The notes beneath the pieces were generated by a model that was not told where the DNA came from, ran no database searches, and saw nothing but the letters and a program-made list of their open reading frames with translations. From Minisyncoccota bacterium (GTDB lineage: Bacteria; Patescibacteriota; Minisyncoccia; Phycocordibacterales; PALSA-1337): 64,000 nt of DNA. The stretch covers positions 50,932 through 114,931 of the forward strand of contig JBAYIX010000002.1 of NCBI GenBank assembly GCA_041665385.1, given 5' to 3'. The first letter of the stretch is position 1; every line of letters begins with the position of its first letter. Shown here in pieces: positions 29,775-39,540 of this stretch. Both the position numbers and the translations under genes were made by a program.

Positions 29775-30401
29775 TTATTTTTTCCTTAAATTAAAATTAT
29801 GCCCACGGCAATAATTCTTGGTCCATGTTACATAACATTTCCCTGCCTCTGATTCAATAATAAAGTATTTTTGTAATATCATCCTTAAATTATTTATCGA
29901 CTGATGGTGACACTCGAAACCTTTACTGTTTTTAAACCGTCCAAAATGCAGTGTTTTTATAAATCCAAAAATATATTGTTTCCAATTTTGTTTGAAATCG
30001 ATAATAAAGGTTTCCAGTAAAACAGATCCGTTGATTGAGAGACTTCTAGAAATCTTCCTAAAAAAAGCGTCCTGATCATTATCAGTGAGGATATATTCAA
30101 TAACCCCCATCAGTAGGATTAGATCGTATTTCTTATTCAGATTTAAACTTTTGAAATCAGAAACAAAGAGATTTGCATCTTGGCAATTTTTCTTGGCCTC
30201 TAATACATAACTTGGGGACATATCGAAACCTGTTAAATTTGTGAAACCTAAACTCTGTAAATAACTCAAAACTCTTCCATACCCACAACCAACATCAAGA
30301 ATCCTTATGTCTTTTGGAAAGGATGCTAGAAAACTTTTATCTGGCAAAGGTGTGGTAAATTTAACATCCTCACCATAGATCATGTCTGCCCAGATTGTCA
30401 T
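29775..30401 (-). CDS. Class I SAM-dependent methyltransferase
   Basis: ILDVGCGYGR, GFDMS, YDLIL. Confidence 0.9.
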   Translation of the reverse strand: MTIWADMIYGEDVKFTTPLPDKSFLASFPKDIRILDVGCGYGRVLSYLQSLGFTNLTGFDMSPSYVLEAKKNCQDANLFVSDFKSLNLNKKYDLILLMGVIEYILTDNDQDAFFRKISRSLSINGSVLLETFIIDFKQNWKQYIFGFIKTLHFGRFKNSKGFECHHQSINNLRMILQKYFIIESEAGKCYVTWTKNYCRGHNFNLRKK

Positions 30402-30410
30402 TTGTTTGAT

Positions 30411-31148
30411 TCATTTATGATATAAATCTTTTAATGTCCCCACCGCAAAAGGAATGATCCTCATTAAACAGTTTCGTAAATCTGACTCGTAGGTTTCTCG
30501 ATTTGGGATGCCTTTAAAATCTTCTTTACTCTCCTCATCTGCTGGTAAATCAGTTGGAATATTTATTGCAGCTGCGGGTAATTTTCTGAACTGGCAAACT
30601 GATAAAATTGCCGCCGTTTCCATTTCAATAGAAATAACCCCCAACTGACATAATTGCTTAAGTAATACTGGATCTTCTCGCCATCTACCATCTGTTGTTA
30701 CTGTGATACCTTGCTGGTAATCAACACCTCCTTCAGTTAATCTTTTTATGAGGAGGGTATTCAGATTAGAGTCAGATACAATAGGATAGCCACATGGTAA
30801 GTAATGCTTCGAGGTACCTTCGCTACTAAAGCATGCTGTCGTAATAATTGGGCACCATAATTTTATTTCTTTCGATAATGCTCCACATGTCCCGATTCTA
30901 ATTATTGCCTTTGATCCATACACCCTTAATCTCTCAGTCATGCACGCGACCATACTTGAACCTTGGCCAGAAATAAAAGCGATGTCGATATCATCCACAA
31001 TTATATGTAACACATCATCCTGGTCATTTGGATAATAGATTCGTTCACTTTTAGGGAAAAGTGATTCAACGATTGAATACCATGAGGACTTCTCAAGAAT
31101 AATTCCAAAATTTGTTTCTCTTTTTACCTCTATTCCTTGTTTATACAT
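30411..31148 (-). CDS. Nucleoside phosphorylase (PNP/UDP family)
   Basis: IIRIGTCGAL, TTDG..RE, IEMETAA. Confidence 0.88.
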   Translation of the reverse strand: MYKQGIEVKRETNFGIILEKSSWYSIVESLFPKSERIYYPNDQDDVLHIIVDDIDIAFISGQGSSMVACMTERLRVYGSKAIIRIGTCGALSKEIKLWCPIITTACFSSEGTSKHYLPCGYPIVSDSNLNTLLIKRLTEGGVDYQQGITVTTDGRWREDPVLLKQLCQLGVISIEMETAAILSVCQFRKLPAAAINIPTDLPADEESKEDFKGIPNRETYESDLRNCLMRIIPFAVGTLKDLYHK

Positions 31149-31184
31149 GATATTTTATGATGCGCTTATCTTAATGGGTAATCT

Positions 31185-32513
31185 CTATTCTGACAATAGG
31201 TTATCGATCCTATTAATATCCCTCGGGAAAAGAGTGGCTTCCTTGATATTTTCTAGACCAAGAAGCTTTGCCGTAATGCGCTCCAACCCGAGTCCCAGAC
31301 CTCCGTGTGGAGGCATGCCATATTTGAAAGCTTGAAGATAATATTTGAACTTTTCAGGATCAAGCTTCTTTTCCTTCATGGAACTAACAAGGTCATCGTA
31401 GTTATGGATGCGTTGCGCGCCAGTAGTGATTTCTACTCCACGGAAGAGCAAGTCAAAACCTTTAGTATATGTTGGATCTTTTTCATCTCTATAAGTGTAG
31501 AATGGGCGCTTGGCTGTCGGAAAATTAGTTACGAAAATAAAGTCGGAATTAAAATTCTTCTCGGCATATTTACAGAGCCATCTTTCATGTTCAGGTTCAA
31601 GATCCGGCTCATTTGTGCAATCTTTACAGGTATCTTTTGTAATAAGTTCCTGAGCTTCGCGTAACGTCAATTTTGGAATTTCTTTCGGAACAGCTGGTAT
31701 AGTGGCACCGAGCAAGGCAAAATCGTCAACACAGGAAACACGAAGAACATTTTCAAGATATTGCAAAAATTGATTTTCGGCATACATGACATCATGATGG
31801 TCTTTAATATAACCCATTTCCATATCTAAACTGGTATATTCATTGAGGTGACGCGTTGTACTATGTTTCTCCGCACGATATACATTACCAACAGAAAAAA
31901 CACGTTCAAATACGCCGACCATAATCTGTTTATATAATTGGGGACTTTGAGCCAGATGTGCGACATGTTTGAAATATGTAACATCAAAAGAGTTCGCCCC
32001 GCCCTCGGCATCATCACCAATTAATTTCGGCGCTTGAAATTCTGTAAAACCCTCTTTTGTAAAGAAGTCTCTGAAAGCTTTGGCAATAGCTGCTTGAACC
32101 TTGAAAACAGCCGCATGTTTTTGACTTCGAAGAGTGAGCGGGAGGTAATCGAGATATGTATCGATATTAATTTCAGAATCTTTTTCAAACGGAAGTTCCT
32201 TGGCTATTCCAATAACCTTGATACGTTTAATCTCAAGTTCGATATCCCCGTTCATTTTTCCGACTTGAATGTTCTTTTGGGGACGTTTGTTTACGATGCC
32301 AATAATGTCTACGACCCATTCAGAACGTATTTCCTTCGAAGCCTCAAGGGCTTCTGAATTATTAGGAAGTACCACCCCTTGTATATTGCCTGTCCGATCT
32401 CGAAACTCGAAAAATACCATTTTACCCTGATCACGACGTACATCAACATATCCTGAAATGCTGATTTCTTTACCGACAAATCCTTTTACATCTTTTATGT
32501 ATGTTCTTTGCAT
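31185..32513 (-). CDS. aspS: Aspartate--tRNA ligase (short, CPR-style)
   Basis: VDVRRDQGK, LAQSPQLYKQ, YRAEKHSTTRH, GAQRIH, PPHGG. Confidence 0.95.
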   Translation of the reverse strand: MQRTYIKDVKGFVGKEISISGYVDVRRDQGKMVFFEFRDRTGNIQGVVLPNNSEALEASKEIRSEWVVDIIGIVNKRPQKNIQVGKMNGDIELEIKRIKVIGIAKELPFEKDSEINIDTYLDYLPLTLRSQKHAAVFKVQAAIAKAFRDFFTKEGFTEFQAPKLIGDDAEGGANSFDVTYFKHVAHLAQSPQLYKQIMVGVFERVFSVGNVYRAEKHSTTRHLNEYTSLDMEMGYIKDHHDVMYAENQFLQYLENVLRVSCVDDFALLGATIPAVPKEIPKLTLREAQELITKDTCKDCTNEPDLEPEHERWLCKYAEKNFNSDFIFVTNFPTAKRPFYTYRDEKDPTYTKGFDLLFRGVEITTGAQRIHNYDDLVSSMKEKKLDPEKFKYYLQAFKYGMPPHGGLGLGLERITAKLLGLENIKEATLFPRDINRIDNLLSE

Positions 32514-32599
32514 TGTACTTGCGACCAAAGAAATGTCCTACTTAATCGTTATAAATGAAAACACTTTTTTGGTCAGAATAAATTAATTTCTAATAAATC

Positions 32600-32760
32600 C
32601 GTAGGGGTGATTTCGCCGCGGTTCTACCCTTTTTATTCATTTCGACATATCGGAGCAGAACCGGAAGATTATACTCACCAACTAAATACCGGCCTTCATT
32701 CTTCACCTCACCTGTTTCAACTGGATCGAAGATACTCAAAGAATGTAACATACTTTGATA
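32600..32760 (-). promoter_or_regulatory. Possible degenerate T-box leader of aspS
   Basis: AAGGGTAGAACCGCG...CACCCCT resembles the T-box antiterminator GGGTGGNACCGCG. Confidence 0.35.
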
Positions 32761-32867
32761 ATAATACACGAAATACCAATAATTTAGAAACGGATAACCT
32801 AGATTTACTCGAGAGAAGTCCGCAAACTATTTTATTGTCTGGTTTTTAAATCATTTACTCTTATAAT

Positions 32868-33362
32868 TTATATCTGCATTACTCGAACCAAATCACACGC
32901 CCTACTCATTATTCTGTCACCTACTTCACCCCAATCGAAGTATTTTTTGTAATCAGAGGCATCGATCAATTTTATTTCCGTAATATCACCGTCCGGGTCC
33001 TTTATAAAAGGTCCGTACGGCTCAACAATACAAACCGAGCGTGTTTGTCTGAATATGCGGTCAGATTCATATATGTCCTGATATCCTATAAATTTCTGAT
33101 TCAGAACCTTCATATTTGTTTCTTCCCTTACTTCACGGACTACAGCCTGCTCATAACTTTCCCCGAGTTCGATACCGCCACCTGGTGGAGCCCAGTAGCC
33201 TTTGTCATGAGCGTATACTATAACGAGCTTACCGCGACAAAAGCAGATTGCGTGAACGGTTAGAAGAATTTTACCCTTAACATCTCTTAATGGATCATCT
33301 TCACGATAATTAAGGTCGAGTTTTTGACCGGAACGATTGGTATAAGAAGATTTTATTTCCAC
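32868..33362 (-). CDS. NUDIX hydrolase
   Basis: GGGIELGESYEQAVVREVREETN Nudix box. Confidence 0.92.
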   Translation of the reverse strand: MEIKSSYTNRSGQKLDLNYREDDPLRDVKGKILLTVHAICFCRGKLVIVYAHDKGYWAPPGGGIELGESYEQAVVREVREETNMKVLNQKFIGYQDIYESDRIFRQTRSVCIVEPYGPFIKDPDGDITEIKLIDASDYKKYFDWGEVGDRIMSRACDLVRVMQI

Positions 33363-33583
33363 ATTGGTAATTATATCCGATTTGGACTACCTGTGCATAA
33401 CCTGTGTATAACTTCCCTCTTTACAAAACCAATGGAATATGCTATACCTAGGCTAGATTTGAAGTGATCGCTCGTTGAAAACACGAGACAGAGCTTCGGA
33501 TAAACAATTTGTTTAACCTGTTTTGTGCATTGGTCACTTGGCGGTGATCTTCTTGCCCAAAACGCAACTGAAAGGGTTGTGAA

Positions 33584-34531
33584 ATGAAAACGACTCGTAG
33601 TTTGTTTGCGACCATTCTGGTCGCGCTCACTGCCCTTGTTACGCAAGGGCAAGAATTGGTCGATGGGTTACCCGCGTGGTTACCTATCGGAAGTGATGAG
33701 ATTCTCATCAATTGGGCTGTCACCAACAGTCCCTCTTGGGTCGGTGCAGGTATCACCTATACCAACACGGCCGGTGAACCCGTTAAGTTCATACCTTATA
33801 TGGTTCCACTCAAAACAGAATCGCTAGATGATTTTCGAGAGTGGGCTTCCTACGCAGGAAACTCCATCATCGATGGTCTACGTGGAGCGACAGGTAGAAG
33901 TCAGATCTCGACCAATTCTACCATTCGCTTCTATGCCAGCCTTGCACATCGGCTGATCGATGGAACTCCAGGTGGAACTCCTTACGAGTTCATCTCTATT
34001 TATACTAACATCGGAAAGATAAAGGACATAACTCCTGACACTTTCCGTAACATGCCACTCAACAACAGGTATGCGAGAATTTACATCCCCGGTCTAAACG
34101 AGATCGAGATCGATGTGAAGGATAAGCACCATATGTTGTGGAAGAACGGTGTCGAAACATACACCTATAACGGCCTAGCCAACCAGGCAGACGGTTTCAT
34201 ACCTCCCAAGGAGATGATCATCACAAACGTGCTGACGCTCCGAACATGGTACTCCCATTACCCTGTCGTACGTATAACTCTCGGCACAACCAATGGCGTG
34301 AGGAGGACATACACGGGGTTTGGCGACCCACTCGATATCAAGATGGAGTACACCAAGTCCGAGATCATCTTGCATACGGCTCGCGGCTCGTACACTGAAA
34401 TAGAATGGTCCGAAGATCTGGTAAACTGGAACCCATACGCGGAGTTTCAGTCGACCGACACGGACTACACGTTCAGAGTACCAGTCGATCCATATCTGTC
34501 TCGTAGATTCATTCGAGGAAAGTCGCATTAG
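33584..34531 (+). CDS. Secreted hypothetical protein with Verrucomicrobia-style C-terminal domain
   Basis: Signal peptide; C-terminus IEWSEDLVNW...RRFIR; terminator at ~34547-34582. Confidence 0.7.
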   Translation: MKTTRSLFATILVALTALVTQGQELVDGLPAWLPIGSDEILINWAVTNSPSWVGAGITYTNTAGEPVKFIPYMVPLKTESLDDFREWASYAGNSIIDGLRGATGRSQISTNSTIRFYASLAHRLIDGTPGGTPYEFISIYTNIGKIKDITPDTFRNMPLNNRYARIYIPGLNEIEIDVKDKHHMLWKNGVETYTYNGLANQADGFIPPKEMIITNVLTLRTWYSHYPVVRITLGTTNGVRRTYTGFGDPLDIKMEYTKSEIILHTARGSYTEIEWSEDLVNWNPYAEFQSTDTDYTFRVPVDPYLSRRFIRGKSH

Positions 34532-34604
34532 TGACTCTCCTTAGCAAAATTCCCCTATACGCAAGTGTAGGGGAACTTTTTTGCTTTAGAAATCACTCTA
34601 ATCT

Positions 34605-36536
34605 CTAAATTTCTATAACTGATGATGATGTAAGCTTGAGAGTTACAAATCCAGATATTGGAGCACGCGGATCTATATTTGTATTATCCTCACAGGACAC
34701 ATCGAATCGATAATCTCCATTTTCTACACCGACAGTGTCAAGTCCGTCAACCGTTTGGTCAGACTTCAATTTATTATCATCCCAATACGGCTTCGATGGG
34801 TCAGAAGGATCCAGTTTCCAGTGAGCATAAGCTGATCCATTTGATACTCTTGTCACACTTGTTTGACATTCATATCCCGTAACTTCCTCAGGTATCTGCC
34901 ACCACAGACCGAATGTTCCACCTTTCTTCGCACTATGGATCCTACCTGATTTCGTCAATGCCTCTGTAGATGTCTTACCGATAAATATCTTCAGATCACT
35001 CGATGGCACAGCTCCACCTTCCTGATGCACAGTTCCGCAAACGTCCGGTGCAGAAGGCGAGGTTCCATCGGCATTGGTTGCCACCACATACACATTGTAA
35101 TTTTGAGCGACAGGGTTCGAGTTGTTACTCGGGAAGCCGCTAACAGTAATGCTCGGTGGCACAGTAGACAGTGTCGAATAGGTTATACCATTTATGCTCC
35201 ACTGATACTTATATCCTGTACCAGCACCGCCTGTTGCAGTGATTTTTGCTGCGGGGATTGTGAGAGAACCTTGTATCACCGAACCATCGGAATTGAGAGT
35301 TGCCATGGTATATCCAGGAGCATAAGGTGCCGAACACGATACTACCGGCGGGGGCGTTCCCTGCACGCAACCAGGGCAGTTCACCGGAGGAGCTGCGTAA
35401 AATCTCGTCGCAGGGTCATCAATAGCATATCCATTTCTACCAGGGGTATTTGCATTGAAGTTCACCCAGCCCACGACATCACCAGCCCAAGCAAAACCTC
35501 GGAAGACGCCGGTTTTCGGATTCATAGTCACACCACCATTGTCAGTTGTGAGGTCAGGAGACGTATGGTTGCTACCAGAGAGCCGCATACAGCCGTCCCA
35601 GCCACCTGCGACTGCGGGGTTGGCCTTGGGAGTTAGGAATCGTGCCCAGCCCGTGACTTCTCCAGTTTTGAAATCGAGTTGAGCCTTGGTGGCAGAAGGA
35701 CAATCGGAAATATCTGCCTCGTTGAAACTGAGCCAACCAATACTATTTGACCATGCATAACCTGTGATATCGGCGACATCACCGGTCGTATTTGCAACAA
35801 TGACTTTGTAGTTGGAACGACTGCAACCAGTACTCGAAGGTGTCGGCGTAGGAGATGCTCCTGGGGCAACTTGACTACAATTGAGGTTGATATAACCGGT
35901 ATTGGATGACCATGCCCAACCATAGACATTGCCACCGCGACTGACGCCAACAGTGACATTCGTGGTTTCTGTTGTTACTTGGGATGCAAAATTCTCCACG
36001 CGCACAGTGATTATATGGGGGCCGTTCAGTCCGGAACCTATCCTCCAAACAACCGATCTCGATGGGTCTGTCCAGGCAGACGCGGCCATAGAAACAGCAT
36101 CATCTAGGAGTACGGTAGAATCCACAGAGATAATTATCCTTCGGATAAATAGTCCGGTTATATTTACATTGATATCCACATCCTGAGCAGTATTGAACAC
36201 TGCACCTTCTGTTGGAGAAGTCATGGTCACTACCGGCGCTATAGCACCTCGAAACGGGTCAAATCCGCTACTAGGTGTGGGTGTAGCAGAACTAGATGAC
36301 GTCGGTCTCGGTAAGCCTATAGAAGTCGGGCTTGCAGAAGGCGATGCAGTAGACGTAGGCGACGCCGAGGCACTAGCAGAAGGAGGAGTAGCAGATGCGC
36401 TAGCAGTAGAAGTCGGTGAAGCTGGGGGCGGAATGATTATCGGCCTAGGCGAACTCGTCTGTGCCGACACAACCTGGAAAAGGAAGCTGAAGCAACCGAC
36501 CGCAAGAACGCTAAATATTATGAAATTTTTTCTCAT
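34605..36536 (-). CDS. Cell-surface protein: P/S/T-rich stalk, Ig-like domain, GxAW repeats
   Basis: Signal peptide; SASPTS repeats; GWAWSSN, GYAWSNSIGW, GWARF and GFAWAGDVVGW repeats typical of Parcubacteria surface proteins. Confidence 0.75.
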   Translation of the reverse strand: MRKNFIIFSVLAVGCFSFLFQVVSAQTSSPRPIIIPPPASPTSTASASATPPSASASASPTSTASPSASPTSIGLPRPTSSSSATPTPSSGFDPFRGAIAPVVTMTSPTEGAVFNTAQDVDINVNITGLFIRRIIISVDSTVLLDDAVSMAASAWTDPSRSVVWRIGSGLNGPHIITVRVENFASQVTTETTNVTVGVSRGGNVYGWAWSSNTGYINLNCSQVAPGASPTPTPSSTGCSRSNYKVIVANTTGDVADITGYAWSNSIGWLSFNEADISDCPSATKAQLDFKTGEVTGWARFLTPKANPAVAGGWDGCMRLSGSNHTSPDLTTDNGGVTMNPKTGVFRGFAWAGDVVGWVNFNANTPGRNGYAIDDPATRFYAAPPVNCPGCVQGTPPPVVSCSAPYAPGYTMATLNSDGSVIQGSLTIPAAKITATGGAGTGYKYQWSINGITYSTLSTVPPSITVSGFPSNNSNPVAQNYNVYVVATNADGTSPSAPDVCGTVHQEGGAVPSSDLKIFIGKTSTEALTKSGRIHSAKKGGTFGLWWQIPEEVTGYECQTSVTRVSNGSAYAHWKLDPSDPSKPYWDDNKLKSDQTVDGLDTVGVENGDYRFDVSCEDNTNIDPRAPISGFVTLKLTSSSVIEI

Positions 36537-36621
36537 TTTTTCTTTTGTTTATGATAAAAGCCATTACAACTGGTGTAATGATATCACATGCCATAAATGC
36601 GGCCTGTGGATAGTGGGAATA

Positions 36622-36736
36622 GGCAAGTAAAAGAGATGGCCTGCACTTTCAGGCAAATAGCAGAGCTACCTCGAAAACAGCCGACCACAATATTCTTCTA
36701 TTTGCCTGAAAGTGCAGGCCATCTCTTTTACTTGCC
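36622..36736. repeat. Palindromic element A4 (core reversed)
   Basis: Perfect 39-bp arms; core reverse complement AAGAATATTGTGG...TTCGAGGTAGCTC; overlaps the valS stop. Confidence 0.88.
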
Positions 36737-38881
36737 CGGCCACTTTTCCACAATGAGTAGTCTTTTGCCTGGAATAAGCATACATGACCATATCTCTTCC
36801 GTCACAAAAGGAATAAATGGGTGCAAAGCTTTCAAAAGTTTAGCTAAAATAAGCAATAAGAGTTGTTTCTTGGAATTTTTCTCATCTTCAGTACCCTCTT
36901 TCAGAGTTTTCTTGCTCTCTTCTAGGATCACATCGGCAAATCGGTGCCAGGCATAATGATACAGTTTCTCTCCTGCCATATAAAAGCGAAAATTTTCCAT
37001 ATCCGTAGTCACATCGGTAAGGAGACGGCTCAATTCTTCTTCGAGCTTGCGGTCATCTGCTGTCCAGCTGTCGAAATCCTCCACAAAAGCCGTATTTTCT
37101 GTTTCGGTAAAGACAAATCGGGAAATATTCCATAGCTTGTTCACAAACTTTTTATAAGCGGTAATCTTGTCTTCGGAAAGAGCGAGTGATGTGCCCGGAG
37201 TATTGCCGACCACGAGACCCATGCGGAAAGCGTCGGTTCCGAACTTGGCGGTGAGATCCAGAGGATTGATGACATTACCCTTACTCTTGCTCATCTTTTG
37301 CCCCTTGCCATCGAGGACGAGTCCGTGGAGGTAAACAGTCGCAAATGGCACCTCGCCTGTGACATACAAACCGAGCATTATCATACGTGACACCCAGAAA
37401 AAGATGATCTCGCCCGCCGTTTCCATGACATCAGTGGAATAATAATTCTTGAAATCTGGACTATCCGGAAAACCAAGTGAAGCAAAAGGCCATTGAGACG
37501 AAGAAAACCAGGTATCGAATGTATCGTTATCTTTCCTGACTTCCCCGCCGCACTTTGCACATTTTGTGATCTTGTTGTCCAGATCTACGTAACCTTCGCC
37601 GCATTTTTCGCAGATCTTGGCGGGAATGGGTATGCCCCACACGATCTGACGAGAAATATTCCAGTCCATAATGTTTCCCAACCAATGTTCAGTGATCTTC
37701 TCATAATGTTCGGGTATGTATACAACCTCCTTATTTTTTATTTTCTCCAATGCCTTCTCAGCCAAAGGTTTCATCTTTACGAACCACTGACTCTTCACCT
37801 GCGGTTCTATGGTCGTACCACATTTGTAGCAAGTACGGACCACATGTTTGTAGTTTTCATCTATTTTTTCTACGAGTCCCTTTACTCGAAGTTTCTCGAC
37901 TATGAGCGCTCGGACCTTACTGATATGCTGGCCTGCGAACTCTCCGGCAATGGGCAGGAGCTTTCCTTTTTCATCTATTATTTGTTCCTTGTCCAAACCA
38001 TGTCTCTCGGCAATGTCAAAGTCCACCGGATCGTGCCAAGGTGTGATAGTCATGACACCAGTGCCAAACTCCATATCTATGGCCTCATCTTTGATAACGG
38101 TTGCAGTTATGGGGCCATTGATCCATTCCAGGTCTATCTTTTGGCCGTCTTTGTACTGTGCATATCTCTTATCGGCAGGATGCATGACAACGTATTTGTC
38201 ACCGAACTTTGTTTCGGGACGAGAAGTACCAATGGTGAAAGGGCCGTACTTGAGATAGTAGAATTTTTCAGTGCGTTCCTCGTCCTTTATTTCCAGATCA
38301 GAAAATGAAGTCTGATGCTTGGGGCACCAGCTGACTATACGCTTTCCCCTGTATAGGAGACCGTCGGCGGAGAGTTTTGCAAATGTATTGTAAACAGTCC
38401 GCACAATAGCGGGATCGAGAGTGAACTTTTCCCGGGACCAATCACAGGAAGCACCCATCTTCCTCACTTGAGACTTGATATTTGCAGAATTTGTAAGAGT
38501 AAAGTCCAGAATTTCCTTGTAAAGGTCAGCAGGCGGTATTTCGAAACGTGTGCGACCTTCTTTTTCCAGTTTCTTTTCGTATACGACTTGTGTTTCAAAG
38601 CCAGCGTGGTCGAGACCGGGTAACCAGAGTGTCCTCTTGCCACGCATACGCTGGTAGCGGGTGATGATATCTTCGATAGTCATGACGAGACCGTGGCCGG
38701 CATGGAGAGAGCCGTTGGCATTGGTGGGAGGCATGAGCATACAAAATGTCTCTGCATCGGGAGCAGTGACGCCCACCTTCACACACTGGTCCGGGTCAAA
38801 AAAACCACTCTTTTCCCAGAGCGAGTAGATCTTGTCCTCGGTAGACGCGGGATCGTAGGGTTTCAGGAATTTTCCATCCAT
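36728..38881 (-). CDS. valS: Valine--tRNA ligase (short form)
   Basis: PPTNANGSLHAGH, DWNISRQ, DTWFSS, KMSKS. Confidence 0.96.
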   Translation of the reverse strand: MDGKFLKPYDPASTEDKIYSLWEKSGFFDPDQCVKVGVTAPDAETFCMLMPPTNANGSLHAGHGLVMTIEDIITRYQRMRGKRTLWLPGLDHAGFETQVVYEKKLEKEGRTRFEIPPADLYKEILDFTLTNSANIKSQVRKMGASCDWSREKFTLDPAIVRTVYNTFAKLSADGLLYRGKRIVSWCPKHQTSFSDLEIKDEERTEKFYYLKYGPFTIGTSRPETKFGDKYVVMHPADKRYAQYKDGQKIDLEWINGPITATVIKDEAIDMEFGTGVMTITPWHDPVDFDIAERHGLDKEQIIDEKGKLLPIAGEFAGQHISKVRALIVEKLRVKGLVEKIDENYKHVVRTCYKCGTTIEPQVKSQWFVKMKPLAEKALEKIKNKEVVYIPEHYEKITEHWLGNIMDWNISRQIVWGIPIPAKICEKCGEGYVDLDNKITKCAKCGGEVRKDNDTFDTWFSSSQWPFASLGFPDSPDFKNYYSTDVMETAGEIIFFWVSRMIMLGLYVTGEVPFATVYLHGLVLDGKGQKMSKSKGNVINPLDLTAKFGTDAFRMGLVVGNTPGTSLALSEDKITAYKKFVNKLWNISRFVFTETENTAFVEDFDSWTADDRKLEEELSRLLTDVTTDMENFRFYMAGEKLYHYAWHRFADVILEESKKTLKEGTEDEKNSKKQLLLLILAKLLKALHPFIPFVTEEIWSCMLIPGKRLLIVEKWPGK

Positions 38882-38908
38882 GATTTGTTATATTAACAAA
38901 AAAGAGAC

Positions 38909-39022
38909 AAAGAGCCCAGCACACAATCATAATTTTCATAAAAGTGTAAGAAGTTGTGCAGGGTCAACGTTCGAGGTAGCTCTACACTTTTATGAAAATT
39001 ATGATTGTGTGCTGGGCTCTTT
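38909..39022. repeat. Palindromic element A5
   Basis: Perfect 40-bp arms; core AGAAGTTGTGCAGGGTCAACGTTCGAGGTAGCTC. Confidence 0.9.
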
Positions 39023-39036
39023 CAATCAAATTTTGC

Positions 39037-39375
39037 TTACCAATAGTAATTGTATGAGTACGAATATGCGGGATATACCGGATAATAAGAGTAAACAGGG
39101 TATGAGTAGACTATAGGAGCACTGTAATAGTAAGTAGGATAGACGGGCTGATAGCTGTACGCACAGCAAGGATTGTAATAATTATCGTTGTGATGATTGT
39201 ATCCACCATAATTCCCTCCCCCATGTCCCCAACCATAATTGTTTTGATAGTTGTTCTGATTGTGATTGTAGTTGCTGTACTGGGCATTTGTAGTAACGGG
39301 CATAGCAAACAACATGAAAATACCGAAGATTGCTGGAATCATAAACCCTGCAAGTTTTTTGTGATTTTTTGTCAT
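39037..39375 (-). CDS. Small secreted Tyr/Asn/His-rich low-complexity protein
   Basis: Signal peptide followed by N/Y/G/H- and Y/P/S-rich segments. Confidence 0.7.
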   Translation of the reverse strand: MTKNHKKLAGFMIPAIFGIFMLFAMPVTTNAQYSNYNHNQNNYQNNYGWGHGGGNYGGYNHHNDNYYNPCCAYSYQPVYPTYYYSAPIVYSYPVYSYYPVYPAYSYSYNYYW

Positions 39376-39540
39376 GATTATGATGTATTGGCTGATAACG
39401 AATGAGCTCCTGACTTATTACTTATCATACACTTTATGACGGCAGGGGCAAGGATTTATGACGTCATAAATAAATCACAATAAAAAGCCGCTCTGCATAA
39501 CACAGAACGGCATAAACCTTCCTCAACCCACACAACAGTG

